Shown here: positions 30,336 to 40,040 of the stretch, piece after piece | Layout: every line of letters starts with the position of its first letter | How positions within the stretch are numbered: position 1 is the first letter of the stretch | Assembly: GCA_028288725.1 (NCBI GenBank) | Contig: JAQGIC010000101.1 | Location: forward strand, 1-64,000 | DNA: 64,000 nt | Source of the DNA: Rhodospirillales bacterium | Lineage (GTDB): Bacteria > Pseudomonadota > Alphaproteobacteria > ATCC43930 > CGMCC-115725 | Direction: 5' to 3' | Translations under genes and position numbers: made by a program | Notes under the pieces: model-generated | The model's input: only the letters and a program-made list of their open reading frames with translations | What the model was told of the DNA's origin: nothing | Database searches by the model: none

Positions 30336-31793
30336 TTAGACGGGCAAGGCCGGACCGGCCGTTCCGGCGCCGTCTAGCCCACCGGGGACTTGCCCGGTGG
30401 CTTCTTGAATGAGCGCCATCGCCTTGGCGCGGGGCATTACATTCTCGCGCTCCAGCAGGTCGAGAAATGTGATCCCTTCCCGGCGACTGGTCCGGACCAG
30501 CTCGCTCACACGCTTGTAGCCCAGGCTCGGCGAAAGGGCCGACGCGATGGCGGTGGAGCCAAGCAGATGGGCCGCGCAGGTTTCCTCGTTCGCCGCAATG
30601 CCACGAACGCAGGCGCTGGTAAAAGTGCCGACGCCGTTGGTCAACAGCCGCAGGGATTCAAACAGGCGAGCGGCGATCAAGGGTTCGTAGTTGTTGATTT
30701 CCAGATGGCCTTGGTTCGCCGCGATGGCGATGCAGGCGTCGTTCCCCGCGACGGCGAAGGCCACCTGACAGAACGCGATCGGCACGACCGGGTTGACCTT
30801 GCCGGGCATCATCGAGGAACCGGCCTGCTTTTCCGGCAGGCTGATCTCGGCCATCCCGCCCACGGGACCCGACGACAGGATCATCAGATCCGTCGCAATC
30901 TTTGCGATGGACAGGGCCGTGGTGCGCAGCTCGGCGGAGACCCGGGCGAAGACATCCATGTTCTGCGTCGCGTCGAACAGGTCATCGGCGGAGTGAAACG
31001 GGATTCCCGTCGCCTCGCGCAACGCCGCGACCGCCTTCTCGCGGTAGCCGGGCAGCGTCCCCAGGCCCGAGCCGATGCCCGTCCCGCCGAGCGGCACGGC
31101 CAGCAGAGCCGTCTTGGTGCGTCCCACCATGTCGGCTTGCCGACGCACCAGTTCCCCATACGCGCCGAACGCCTGACCGAGCGTCATGGGCAGCGCGTCC
31201 TGAAGGCAGGTCCGGCCAAGCCGGAGGACATTCGCGAATTCCCGTCCCTTGGCCTTGAACGCCTCGCCCAGTTCCTCAAGCTGCCGCTCGAGGCCGGTCA
31301 GCTTGCGGAAGGTGGCGAGCTTCATCGCCGTGGGAACCACGTCGCTGGTCGATTGGGAACGGTTGACATGGTCGTTCGGGTGCAGCGCCGTGTAGTCGCC
31401 GCGCGCAACGCCAAGCAGATCCAGCGCCCGATTGGCCAGCACCTCGTTCACATTCATGTTGGTGGAAGTGCCGCCCGACCCTTCCATGACATCGACCTGG
31501 AAATGGTCGAGATGGCGGCCTTCCATCACTTCGCGACAGGCCGCGGACAGCGCATGGAACTGGTGGTCGGACAGCAAGCCTAAAGCGTGGTTCGCCTGGG
31601 CAGCGGCCAACTTCGTCGTCGCCAATGCGGCGACATACTCCACCTCGGTCCCCAGCTGAACGCCGGAGATCGGGAAATTTCCCAAGGCTCTCCAAGTGTG
31701 AATGCCGTAGAGCGAGGCGTTGTCGATCACACACTCTCCCAGCATATCGGAATCCACCCGGGCTGCTGATTTCGGGTTGGATAGTTCGATCAC
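30336..31793 (-). CDS. aspA: Aspartate ammonia-lyase-like enzyme (fumarase/aspartase superfamily)
   Basis: GSSMMPGKVNPV signature and GTSTNMNVNEVLANRA. N-terminal YGIHTWRALGNFPISG is closer to the aspartase than to the FumC pattern. GTG start at 31793. Confidence 0.7.
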   Translation of the reverse strand: MIELSNPKSAARVDSDMLGECVIDNASLYGIHTWRALGNFPISGVQLGTEVEYVAALATTKLAAAQANHALGLLSDHQFHALSAACREVMEGRHLDHFQVDVMEGSGGTSTNMNVNEVLANRALDLLGVARGDYTALHPNDHVNRSQSTSDVVPTAMKLATFRKLTGLERQLEELGEAFKAKGREFANVLRLGRTCLQDALPMTLGQAFGAYGELVRRQADMVGRTKTALLAVPLGGTGIGSGLGTLPGYREKAVAALREATGIPFHSADDLFDATQNMDVFARVSAELRTTALSIAKIATDLMILSSGPVGGMAEISLPEKQAGSSMMPGKVNPVVPIAFCQVAFAVAGNDACIAIAANQGHLEINNYEPLIAARLFESLRLLTNGVGTFTSACVRGIAANEETCAAHLLGSTAIASALSPSLGYKRVSELVRTSRREGITFLDLLERENVMPRAKAMALIQEATGQVPGGLDGAGTAGPALPV

Positions 31794-32770
31794 GATGGCT
31801 CTCCCTCCGGAATGCGAATGCTACGCTCGGCCCACGGCGCGTATTCAAGCAACCGGGGCAGGCAAACCTGGCGCAGGGCATTGCTGGCCGCGTTGGCGAC
31901 GGCTTCGGGCAACTCTGCGAACTCGTTTTCACGTGCGAGCACATAGAGGGTTCGGGAAAAGCCCGGCCCAGGAAACGGCAGCACCTGGATCGGCCGGCGC
32001 TCCACCCGCACCTCCAACAGGCACAGCGGCGTAGTGATCGCCCATCCGATCTCGCTGGCGACCATGGCGGTCAGCGCTTCCGAAGAGTCCACCTCGATGC
32101 CGCGCGGCGGACGAAGCCCCAGCCGGCGCAGATGCAGGTCAGCCATCGCACCCATGTGCGAGGCGGGGTTGAAGCGCACAAGCGGTAGGCGTTCCACCAA
32201 CTGCCCAATATCCACCGGCACGTCGGCGCGCTGGCCCATGCTCGCCGGCAGCAGCAGCACGAACGGTTCGGTCAGGATGGGAAGCCGGCTGACGCCCTCC
32301 GACTCATCGAGCGGATCGGACGAGAGGCAGATGTCGATCTCGCGGTTCAGCAACCCGCGGGACTGGACACCCGTCGTGCCGCTGGTCACCGTCAGCCGCT
32401 GTACCTTGTCGAGCAGCGAACGGAACAGCCGCGGCCCGATCGACGCCAACAAGCTGTCGACACAGCCCAACCGCAATTGCGGCACCTGCTTCGTGCTCAA
32501 CTCCCGCACGGCGACGATCAAATTTTCCGTCGCATCCAGTATTGGAAGGGCTCGACTTAAAAGGACGTGACCGGGCCCTGTAACTTTCAACGGGCGATGG
32601 CCGCGAGCGATCAAAGTCACCTCAAACATTCTTTCCAATTGCATTAGTGCCTGAGACACTGCCGACTGGGTGACGCGAAGATCTCTTGCCGCCTCGGTCA
32701 TGCTTCCTGTTCTAGCGACGGCAGCGAACATTTTAAGTTGATTGATGTCCGGACTCTGACGTGGCGTCAT
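31790..32770 (-). CDS. LysR-family transcriptional regulator
   Basis: HTH FAAVARTGSMTEAARDLRVTQSAVSQALMQLE plus a LysR substrate-binding domain. The stop overlaps the aspA-like GTG (GTGA). Confidence 0.9.
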   Translation of the reverse strand: MTPRQSPDINQLKMFAAVARTGSMTEAARDLRVTQSAVSQALMQLERMFEVTLIARGHRPLKVTGPGHVLLSRALPILDATENLIVAVRELSTKQVPQLRLGCVDSLLASIGPRLFRSLLDKVQRLTVTSGTTGVQSRGLLNREIDICLSSDPLDESEGVSRLPILTEPFVLLLPASMGQRADVPVDIGQLVERLPLVRFNPASHMGAMADLHLRRLGLRPPRGIEVDSSEALTAMVASEIGWAITTPLCLLEVRVERRPIQVLPFPGPGFSRTLYVLARENEFAELPEAVANAASNALRQVCLPRLLEYAPWAERSIRIPEGEPS

Positions 32771-32819
32771 GCATCACCGTATGGATAGTTTCCTGCCGAG
32801 TGAAGCCTCGACCCTCCTT

Positions 32820-32834
32820 ATTAGCCATTCTAAT
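32820..32834. promoter_or_regulatory. Candidate LysR box (T-N11-A palindrome)
   Basis: ATTAG-CCATT-CTAAT, a perfect 5-bp inverted repeat containing T-N11-A, about 50 nt upstream of the LysR start codon at 32770. Confidence 0.4.
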
Positions 32835-32939
32835 GGTTAAGAAAACTCTGGTTGATGAATTTAGTTAGTTCGTGCTCCGGTAGGGAGGTAGGGCAGGGGC
32901 TCGGCATTGTTGGCCAAGGGTGTGGTCGGCTTAAAGTCG

Positions 32940-32957
32940 GCCGCGACGCGTCGCGGC
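32940..32957 (-). terminator. GC-rich palindrome downstream of the RND adaptor gene
   Basis: GCCGCGACGCGTCGCGGC is an 18-bp perfect palindrome 40 nt after the stop at 32997. Only a weak T-run (ctttaa) follows on the minus strand. Confidence 0.4.
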
Positions 32958-32996
32958 AACCTACCCACTCGCCTATTGGGAACTATCTCATTGTAT

Positions 32997-34175
32997 TCAG
33001 GGTGCCGTAGCGGCCGCCGGCGGTGTCACGGCGGCCAGCTCGACCGTATCGCCAGTGCGCAGGGTCTCAGGCGGGCTGTCGATCACCCGGTCCTGCGGAG
33101 TGAGGCCCGCCGTCACCTCGACGCTGTCACCGAAATCGCGGCCGAGTTGAACGGACTTGAGCACCACTTTATTGCCGTCGCCAAGAACTGCGACCTGCAC
33201 GCCGCGGTTGACCGGCATTAACGCCGTGGCCGGCAGGCGCACCATGTTGGGGTCGCCAGGAATCTGGAAATCGACCCGGCAATACGCGCCACCAAGAAGC
33301 TTGCCATCGGAATTGTCGCCCTGCAGCTCAACCAGCAGGCTGCGCGACGTCGTATCCAGCGCCCTCGACATGGTGACGAGGGTCGCGTCGAATTTCCGGC
33401 CCGGATATTGCGGCATTTCGAAGGTTGCCTTCAAACCCGGACTGAGATCGGCTGAGAATGCCTGCGGAACCTGGACGTAGATTCGGACCCGACGGAGATC
33501 CGAAACCTCGAACAGCTCTTGTCCGGCCGTGCTGCCGGCGTTGATCAGGGCGCCAATATCCGTATTGCGCAGGGTGACGACGCCATCGAAGGGTGCAACG
33601 ATCTGCTTGAAGGATTGCAACGCCTCCAGTTGCCGCACATTCGCTTCGGTGGCGTCCATCACCGCCTTCTTCGCTGCTGTATCGGCGGCACTCTGGTCCG
33701 CGGTCTGTTGGGATACGTTCTGGTTCTTGACGAGAATGGCGTAGCGATTGGCGGTGAGGGCGGCGATATCGTAGTTGGCTTTGGCGCTTGCCAGCGTTGC
33801 TCTGACCTGGGCGAGCTGTTGGTCGAGATCGGGGGCTTCGATCGAAGCCAGCACCTGACCGGCCACTACATTCGCTCCGATATCCTGCTGCCAAGACTTG
33901 AGATAGCCGTTTACCCGCGCATAGATCGCCGCCTTTGCATAGGGTTGGATGTCGCCGGGCAGTATAAGACGCTGCTCGGCATCGCCGCGCGCGAGTTTGG
34001 CGAGCGCCACGGTCGGGGGCGCTTGGGCGGCCGCCCACTGCCCCAGCTCCTGCTTGCTGCGGGAGCGGTTCATGAGGCCATTTGCAGCGATAGCGCCGGC
34101 AGCGACGAGGCCGATTATGACGACCAGGATCAGGCGGCGAGGCTTCGGCGGCTTGACGGGTTGCGAGGACATCAT
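32997..34175 (-). CDS. Efflux RND transporter periplasmic adaptor (MFP) subunit
   Basis: N-terminal anchor; coiled-coil hairpin EAPDLDQQLAQVRATLASAKANYDIAALTANRYAIL...EANVRQLEALQSFKQIVAPFDGVV; beta-barrel and MP domains. Confidence 0.9.
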   Translation of the reverse strand: MMSSQPVKPPKPRRLILVVIIGLVAAGAIAANGLMNRSRSKQELGQWAAAQAPPTVALAKLARGDAEQRLILPGDIQPYAKAAIYARVNGYLKSWQQDIGANVVAGQVLASIEAPDLDQQLAQVRATLASAKANYDIAALTANRYAILVKNQNVSQQTADQSAADTAAKKAVMDATEANVRQLEALQSFKQIVAPFDGVVTLRNTDIGALINAGSTAGQELFEVSDLRRVRIYVQVPQAFSADLSPGLKATFEMPQYPGRKFDATLVTMSRALDTTSRSLLVELQGDNSDGKLLGGAYCRVDFQIPGDPNMVRLPATALMPVNRGVQVAVLGDGNKVVLKSVQLGRDFGDSVEVTAGLTPQDRVIDSPPETLRTGDTVELAAVTPPAAATAP

Positions 34176-34178
34176 GCG

Positions 34179-37100
34179 CTAGGCCTGGGTTGGATGCGTG
34201 GGCGCCGATACCGCGTCCGTACTGTTGCGATCTCGAGCGTGAACAACGGAGAACATTATCGGCACCAGGAACAGCGTTGCGCAGGTCGCAAACAGCAGGC
34301 CGCCGATGACCGCGCGGCCGAGCGGAGCATTTTGTCCAGGTTCGATCGCCATCGGCGCCATGCCGATGATCATCGCGAGCGCCGTCATCAGCACGGGCCG
34401 GAACCGGGTGCTGCCGGCATCGAGAGCCGACGTCAGCGCGTCGGCGCCAGCCGCCAGACGCTCACTCGCGAAGCTGATAATCAGAATGCTGTTTGCGGTG
34501 GCGACGCCCATGCACATGATGGCGCCGGTCAGTGCCGGGACGGAGAGCGTCGTGTCGGTCGTGAAAAGGATCCAGACGATGCCGGCAAGGGCGGTTGGCA
34601 GCGCCATGACGATCACGAACGGGTCGAGCCAGGACTGAAAATTGACGACGATCAGCAGGTAGATCAGCACGATGGCGAAGGCGAGGCCGACGAAGAGTTG
34701 CTGATAAGCGCTGGTCATGGTCGTCACCTGACCCCGCAGCACGACGCTGGCGCCGTTCGGTACATCGTGAGCGGTGTTCTGGATCACCTGCTGGATGTCG
34801 GCCGCCACACCGCCCAGATCGCGTCCTTGCGGCGTCGCATAGATATCGATGACGGGGCGGACGTTGTAATGCGAAACGACCGCGTTGCTCGGCGTCCGTT
34901 GGATCGTGGCGAGGCCGCCCAGCAGCTGCCCACCCGGGCCGACGCTGGTCGTTACCGGTATGTTTCTCAACCCGCTCATTGTGCCGAGGTCACGCTGCGG
35001 CGTTTGGATCGACACCGGATAGGACACGCCGGTCGTCGGGTTCAGCCAGTAGGTCGGCGAGGTCTGCGAGCTGCCGGCCAGCGTGGTCTGCATCGCGGTC
35101 GCTGCGTCCTTCTCGCTGAGACCAACCAGCCCGGCCAGCGAACGGTCGACCTTGACGCTCAATGTCGGCTGCTGGAAAGCCTGCTGGATCCGCGCATCGG
35201 CGATCCCGGGGATCTGTTTAATCCCGGCCAACAGTGCGTTGGCATATATCCTATCCGCCTGTAAATTATTGCCGACCACCTGCAGGTCGATCGGCGCGGG
35301 CACGCCGAAATTCAGGATCTGGCTGGCAATGTCGGCCGGCAGGAAGGCGAAGGACGCGCCGGGAAACTGGCGCGGCAACTGCTCGCGCATCGTCTTGACA
35401 TAGTCCGCCGTCGGCGCGTGGTTCTGCTTGAGGCTGATCAGGACATCGGCATCAGCGACGCCGATCGTCCCCGAGTTGTTGTATGCCATGTTGATGCCGC
35501 TGACGCTGAGACCGATATTGTCGACGATGCCGCCCAGCTCGTCGGCCGGAATGATCTTGTGGATCGCCTCGCCGATCCGGTCGGCGAGCTTGGTGGTTTC
35601 CTCGACCCGCGTACCGGTCTGGGCCCGCACATGCATCTTGATCTGCCCGCCATCCACGCTCGGAAAGAAGTCCTGCCCCAGAAAGGGGGCAAGCCCGAAC
35701 GACAGCAGGGTAAAGCCCATGAACCCGGCGATCAGCTTGGCGCGATTGCGTAGACCGAGGCCGAGCAGACCGCTATAGGCGATGCGGATCGCCTCGAAAT
35801 GGTGCTCGAAGCCCTGCTGGAATCGCACCAGCGGATTGCGGCTGGGGATCGCCGGAGCGGAATTTGGATCGCCGTTCGTGGCGTGATGCGCCGCATGCGC
35901 TTGATCGCGCAGAAGGTAATTGGCCAATGTGGGGACGAGCGTGCGCGACAGAACGTAGGATGCGATCAGCGCAAAGACTACCGCTTCTGCGAGAGGCTGG
36001 AACAGATAACCGGCGACACCGCCCAATCCGAACATCGGCACGAACGCGATGCAAATGCACATCAGCGACACGGTAGCCGGGACGACGATTTGACGGGCTC
36101 CGTCCAAAATTGCGGTCTCGATCTCCTTGCCGTGTTCGAGATGCCAATTGATGTTCTCGATGGTCACCGTCGCGTCATCGACCAGGATGCCGACGGCGAG
36201 CGCCAGCCCGCCGAGCGTCATGACGTTGATCGTCTCGCCGAGCAGCGAGAGCGTCGCCACCGACGCCAGGATGGCGAGCGGGATCGAAATCGTGATGATC
36301 AGCGTCGAGCGCCAGCTGCCGAGGAACAGCAGGATCATGGCACCGGTGAGAGCGGCGGCGATTGCGCCTTCGCGGATCACGCCGGATACGGCACTGATAA
36401 CGAACACCGACTGATCGCCGACCGCGGCGAGGTTCAGGTTCGCCGGCAGGGTCTTGGCGACGCTCGGCAGCAGCGCCTTGATGCCGGAGATGATCGCCAG
36501 TGTAGAGGTCGAGCCCGCTTTCACCACAGCCAACAGCACTGCGCTCTTGCCGTCGACGTGGACGACGTTGGTCTGCGGCGGGCTGCCGTCATGGACATAG
36601 GCGACGTCGCGCATATAGATGACCGCGCCGTTGACGGTCTTGATCGGCAGCTCGTTAAAAGCGGTGATTTCGCTGGGCGAATTGTTCAGATTCACGGTGT
36701 ATTCGAACGTGCCTATCTTCTGGGTCCCGACCGGCGTGATCAGGTTCTCGATCGACAGGGCGTTGACGACGTCGTTCGCGGAGATGCCGTAGGTGTGCAG
36801 CGCCTGCTGGTTGAGGTCGGCCTGGACCTGCCGGACCTTGCCGCCATAGGGCAGCGGGATCGCGGCGCCGGCGACCGAGGCCAATTGCGGACGGATGAAG
36901 CTGGTCGCTTGATCGAACAAAGTCGTCTCGGAGAGCTTGTCGCTCGACAGGACAAGCTGCAGGATCGGCACACTGGATGCATCGAAGCTCAGGATCAGTG
37001 GCGGCGTGATGCCGGCCGGCATCAGCTTCAGCACCGTTTGCGACATCGCGGAGACCTCCGCCAGCGCCGCATTGATGTTCACGGTCGGCTGGAAGAAGAT

Positions 37101-37382
37101 CTTGATGATCCCGTAGTTCGGAATCGACTGGGATTCGATGTGCTCGATGTCGTTGACGCTGGTGGTGAGCGAGCGCTCGTAGAACGTGACGATACGGCCC
37201 GCCATGTCGTCGGGCGGCAGCCCGGTGTAGCTGAAGACGACGCTGATCACCGGAATATTGGTGTTCGGGAAGATGTCGGTCGGGGTGCGCAGCGCCGATG
37301 AGACGCCGAAGATCAGGATCAGCAACGCCATGACGACGAAGGTGTACGGCCGCCGAAGCGCGAGCGTTACGATGCCAATCAT
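34179..37382 (-). CDS. Efflux RND transporter permease (AcrB/HAE1-like)
   Basis: 1067 aa with the 12-TM RND architecture. MIGIVTLALRRPYTFVVMALLILIFG, two large periplasmic loops, LAVGILVDDATVTIENI. Confidence 0.9.
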   Translation of the reverse strand: MIGIVTLALRRPYTFVVMALLILIFGVSSALRTPTDIFPNTNIPVISVVFSYTGLPPDDMAGRIVTFYERSLTTSVNDIEHIESQSIPNYGIIKIFFQPTVNINAALAEVSAMSQTVLKLMPAGITPPLILSFDASSVPILQLVLSSDKLSETTLFDQATSFIRPQLASVAGAAIPLPYGGKVRQVQADLNQQALHTYGISANDVVNALSIENLITPVGTQKIGTFEYTVNLNNSPSEITAFNELPIKTVNGAVIYMRDVAYVHDGSPPQTNVVHVDGKSAVLLAVVKAGSTSTLAIISGIKALLPSVAKTLPANLNLAAVGDQSVFVISAVSGVIREGAIAAALTGAMILLFLGSWRSTLIITISIPLAILASVATLSLLGETINVMTLGGLALAVGILVDDATVTIENINWHLEHGKEIETAILDGARQIVVPATVSLMCICIAFVPMFGLGGVAGYLFQPLAEAVVFALIASYVLSRTLVPTLANYLLRDQAHAAHHATNGDPNSAPAIPSRNPLVRFQQGFEHHFEAIRIAYSGLLGLGLRNRAKLIAGFMGFTLLSFGLAPFLGQDFFPSVDGGQIKMHVRAQTGTRVEETTKLADRIGEAIHKIIPADELGGIVDNIGLSVSGINMAYNNSGTIGVADADVLISLKQNHAPTADYVKTMREQLPRQFPGASFAFLPADIASQILNFGVPAPIDLQVVGNNLQADRIYANALLAGIKQIPGIADARIQQAFQQPTLSVKVDRSLAGLVGLSEKDAATAMQTTLAGSSQTSPTYWLNPTTGVSYPVSIQTPQRDLGTMSGLRNIPVTTSVGPGGQLLGGLATIQRTPSNAVVSHYNVRPVIDIYATPQGRDLGGVAADIQQVIQNTAHDVPNGASVVLRGQVTTMTSAYQQLFVGLAFAIVLIYLLIVVNFQSWLDPFVIVMALPTALAGIVWILFTTDTTLSVPALTGAIMCMGVATANSILIISFASERLAAGADALTSALDAGSTRFRPVLMTALAMIIGMAPMAIEPGQNAPLGRAVIGGLLFATCATLFLVPIMFSVVHARDRNSTDAVSAPTHPTQA

Positions 37383-37765
37383 AATCGCCTCCCACCGAGG
37401 GCGCAGAACCGGTGCTTCCAGCAGGTTCCGGTCGTCGCCACAGCAGTGCTACTGCACCGCCGACGGTTTCAGCTGAAAAGTGAACGCGCATCGTCCTGGG
37501 CGGTTCCCCTTTTGGAGTTCGTTTGCGGCACGATACTGGGCGGTCCGAACCGCCGAACGCCGTAATTTATGGTGCCGACTACGAACCTGATCGCATTTTC
37601 GGAAATATCGAAACAGCGCCAAGCTCTCGTCCGATGCGGGCGCTGCTATCTGGGGAGGTCTCTCATCTTCCTCGCGGCCATCTCCTCCATCGATAGTTGT
37701 GTTTGCTTCATTGCTCGTGATTTTAATAAGTTGTTCGTGAAGAACCCAAGCGGGGGCGGCGGCCG

Positions 37766-39265
37766 TTACCTGAAGTGCTGCACCGCTTTTGAAATCGCCG
37801 CCAGCTTGTCCTGCGCCGAGCTGCTGCAGCAAATGGGATTGTCGGCAAAAGTGGCGAATCCGCAGTCCGGATGCAGCAGCACGCGGCTGCGTCCAAAAAG
37901 TCCGATCGCGCTTGCGATGCGCGCGATCACGTCATCAACGGCCTCAACCCGGGCGTACTTCTGGTTGACCACGCCAACCCCAATGCGGGCGTCGTCCGGA
38001 AGCCCCTTCAGCACGTCCATCCCACCGGCGCGCGGCGTGCACATTTCAAGCAGATAGGCGCCGACCCGGACCTGCGCCAAGGTCGGGATCAGCGGTCCAT
38101 AGCTGCCCGAGAGCGCGACGCTCTCGTCCGGGGTCCAGTTGCCGCGGCACACGTGTAGCGCCGTGCGCTCGCGCGGGGCGCCGTCGAGCACGGCATTGAG
38201 CAAATCGCGGGCGAAGCCGAGCTCGTGCTCGGGCTCGAGCGATTCCGATAAGGCGCCGCACATGAAGCTGCGCTTGTTCTTAGCGCCGGAGAAGACGACT
38301 TCGGAAAGCACCGGCTCATCGAACTGGACGAGAGCCGCTCCCGCATCCATCAGTTCCGCCAGTTCTTCGCGCAGCACACGAACGATGTCCTCGGCCAGCG
38401 CTTCGCGGCTCGCGTAGGCTTGGTCGGATATGCACTCCATCCACATGGTGCGGGTGAGCAGATACGGACCGGGCAGCGCCACCTTGACCGGCTTGGCGGT
38501 TACACTGCGCGCGAAGTCGACCTCGTGGGCGACGAGCGGGCGCGAGCGCTTCAGCGGGCCGAATACAGCAGGATGGCGCACTTCGCCCGCCGGGATATCG
38601 AGCGCGCGCAGCTCGGCCTCGAATTCCTCGGGATGGTCCACCAGCGGCAGCAGGTCGATAAGGGGAATGAGCTGGCAATTGTCGAGCCGGCTGGCCACGA
38701 AGCTTGCATAGCTGTCGCGCCGCTGCTCGCCGTCGGTCACCACGTCGACGCCCGCCTTCTCCTGAGCGGCTATGGCGAGGCGCGTCGCATCGTCGGCGGT
38801 ATCGTGGAAGGCGCGTTCCGGCAGGCGGCCTTCCATATGGGCGTGCATGGCCTCGATCATCCAGCGGGGCCGCGGCCAGGAGCCGATGCCCATCACCGCG
38901 AGTTCCGGGATCGGCGGGGCCGCCATCGGCTCTCTGCGCCGGGTCGGCTCGGCGGGTGCAACGGCCATCGGTGCGGCGGGAGCGGCGGCCGCCGTCTCGC
39001 GCTCGGCGAGCGCGCCTTTGCAGACCAGAAAGCTGCGCTGGCCGCCGAGCTTGGTCCAGGAGACGAGTTCGTTCCGGGTCAGCCGGCACCAGGCGGGGAG
39101 GTCTTCGTCGATGGAAATTTCCGAGGACAGGATCTCCAGCAGCCCCCCACGCGGTAGCGGGTCGATGTGCTTGCGGATCAGCAGCAGCAAACCATTGCCG
39201 CAATCGAGGTCGCCGCCGTCAAAGGAGACGTCCGGGACGAGCGCATGGCGGTCGGTGGGATTCAT
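37766..39265 (-). CDS. Fusion protein: N-terminal TusA-like sulfur-carrier domain + cobalamin-independent methionine-synthase-like (MetE C-terminal / Meth_synt_2) domain
   Basis: ATG at 39265 (MNPTDRH). Res ~15-85 GGDLDCGNGLLLLIRKHIDPLPRGGLLEILSSEISIDEDLPAWCRLTRNELVSW align with the TusA pattern. An Ala/Pro linker follows. The MetE-like barrel has candidate Zn/thiol ligands in LHVCRGN (His, Cys), LLEMC (Glu) and HPDCGF (Cys). Confidence 0.75.
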   Translation of the reverse strand: MNPTDRHALVPDVSFDGGDLDCGNGLLLLIRKHIDPLPRGGLLEILSSEISIDEDLPAWCRLTRNELVSWTKLGGQRSFLVCKGALAERETAAAAPAAPMAVAPAEPTRRREPMAAPPIPELAVMGIGSWPRPRWMIEAMHAHMEGRLPERAFHDTADDATRLAIAAQEKAGVDVVTDGEQRRDSYASFVASRLDNCQLIPLIDLLPLVDHPEEFEAELRALDIPAGEVRHPAVFGPLKRSRPLVAHEVDFARSVTAKPVKVALPGPYLLTRTMWMECISDQAYASREALAEDIVRVLREELAELMDAGAALVQFDEPVLSEVVFSGAKNKRSFMCGALSESLEPEHELGFARDLLNAVLDGAPRERTALHVCRGNWTPDESVALSGSYGPLIPTLAQVRVGAYLLEMCTPRAGGMDVLKGLPDDARIGVGVVNQKYARVEAVDDVIARIASAIGLFGRSRVLLHPDCGFATFADNPICCSSSAQDKLAAISKAVQHFR

Positions 39266-39395
39266 GGCGTCGTATCCGTATCGAGTGCGGCCGGCCCGCC
39301 GCCGCCCGCCTGCTTGCCATAGAGGCGCACAAACGCCCCCTCCTCGAAATGTTTCGCCTGGTGCAGGCTGCACAGGTGCGCGGCCATGCCTGCAC

Positions 39396-39758
39396 TCAGT
39401 AGCTGATGCTGGGCGCGCCTTCGCCCATGAACTCCACGAGCTTGGCGCCGCCCACGATCTTCGCGCCGTCGACAAGGTTGTTCTCGTCGAGGCCGCGCTT
39501 CTTGAAGCAGGGCGAGCAGACATAGATGACCCCGCCGCCGGCGGCGAAGTTCGCCATCAGTTCCTTGAGCGGCGCGAAGCCTTCCTCATGGATTTCGTCC
39601 GCATAGCCCCGTTGTGAGAGGCGTGTACCCTCGATCGAGAGGAAGATGATCGTCTCCTTGTCCGAGGCGACGGCGGCATTGGCGACGACGAAGGCGACGG
39701 TGGCCTTGTCGGTGTCGTTCTTGGCGCAGCTCAGCGATACGACGAACTTTCCAGGCAT
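39396..39758 (-). CDS. DsrE/DsrF-like sulfur-relay family protein
   Basis: 120 aa. KFVVSLSCAKNDTDKATVAFVVANAA...IIFLSIEGT...VIYVCSPCFKKRG fits the DsrE-family fold pattern with conserved Cys residues. Confidence 0.75.
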   Translation of the reverse strand: MPGKFVVSLSCAKNDTDKATVAFVVANAAVASDKETIIFLSIEGTRLSQRGYADEIHEEGFAPLKELMANFAAGGGVIYVCSPCFKKRGLDENNLVDGAKIVGGAKLVEFMGEGAPSISY

Positions 39759-39791
39759 CAGGGTTCTCCTTCGTTAGGCCGGGCGTGTGGT

Positions 39792-40040
39792 TCAGGACCA
39801 ATCCATCCGTGAACGGATCCAGTAGCTGTGGGTCTGCGGCTCGTGGCTGACGAGTTCGTTGCGGGTCATGCGGCACCAGGCAGGCAGATCCTCCGGCGCG
39901 CCGGAATCCAGGGCGATGACGCGCAGCACCTCGCCGGGCATCGCCTTGAGCCGGATGCGCAGCAGCATCACCAACTCGCCGCAGCCCATGTGGCCGGCCT
40001 CCCAGGTTTCCGGTTCCCGCGTAGGCGTCATTGCTTTCAT
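39792..40040 (-). CDS. TusA-like sulfur-carrier protein (variant active-site motif)
   Basis: MKAMTPTREPETWEAGHMGCGELVMLLRIRLKAMPGEVLRVIALDSGAPEDLPAWCRMTRNELVSHEP is colinear with E. coli TusA (LGLRCPEPVMMVRK...[21 protein letters not shown]). The start could also be 40109. Confidence 0.7.
   Translation of the reverse strand: MKAMTPTREPETWEAGHMGCGELVMLLRIRLKAMPGEVLRVIALDSGAPEDLPAWCRMTRNELVSHEPQTHSYWIRSRMDWS

Noticed and set aside
37449-37832. 127-aa minus-strand ORF upstream of the RND operon as a missing regulator or outer-membrane factor.
   Set aside because: It overlaps the 3' end of the MetE-like fusion gene and has no HTH or beta-barrel features and no SD. It is probably spurious.
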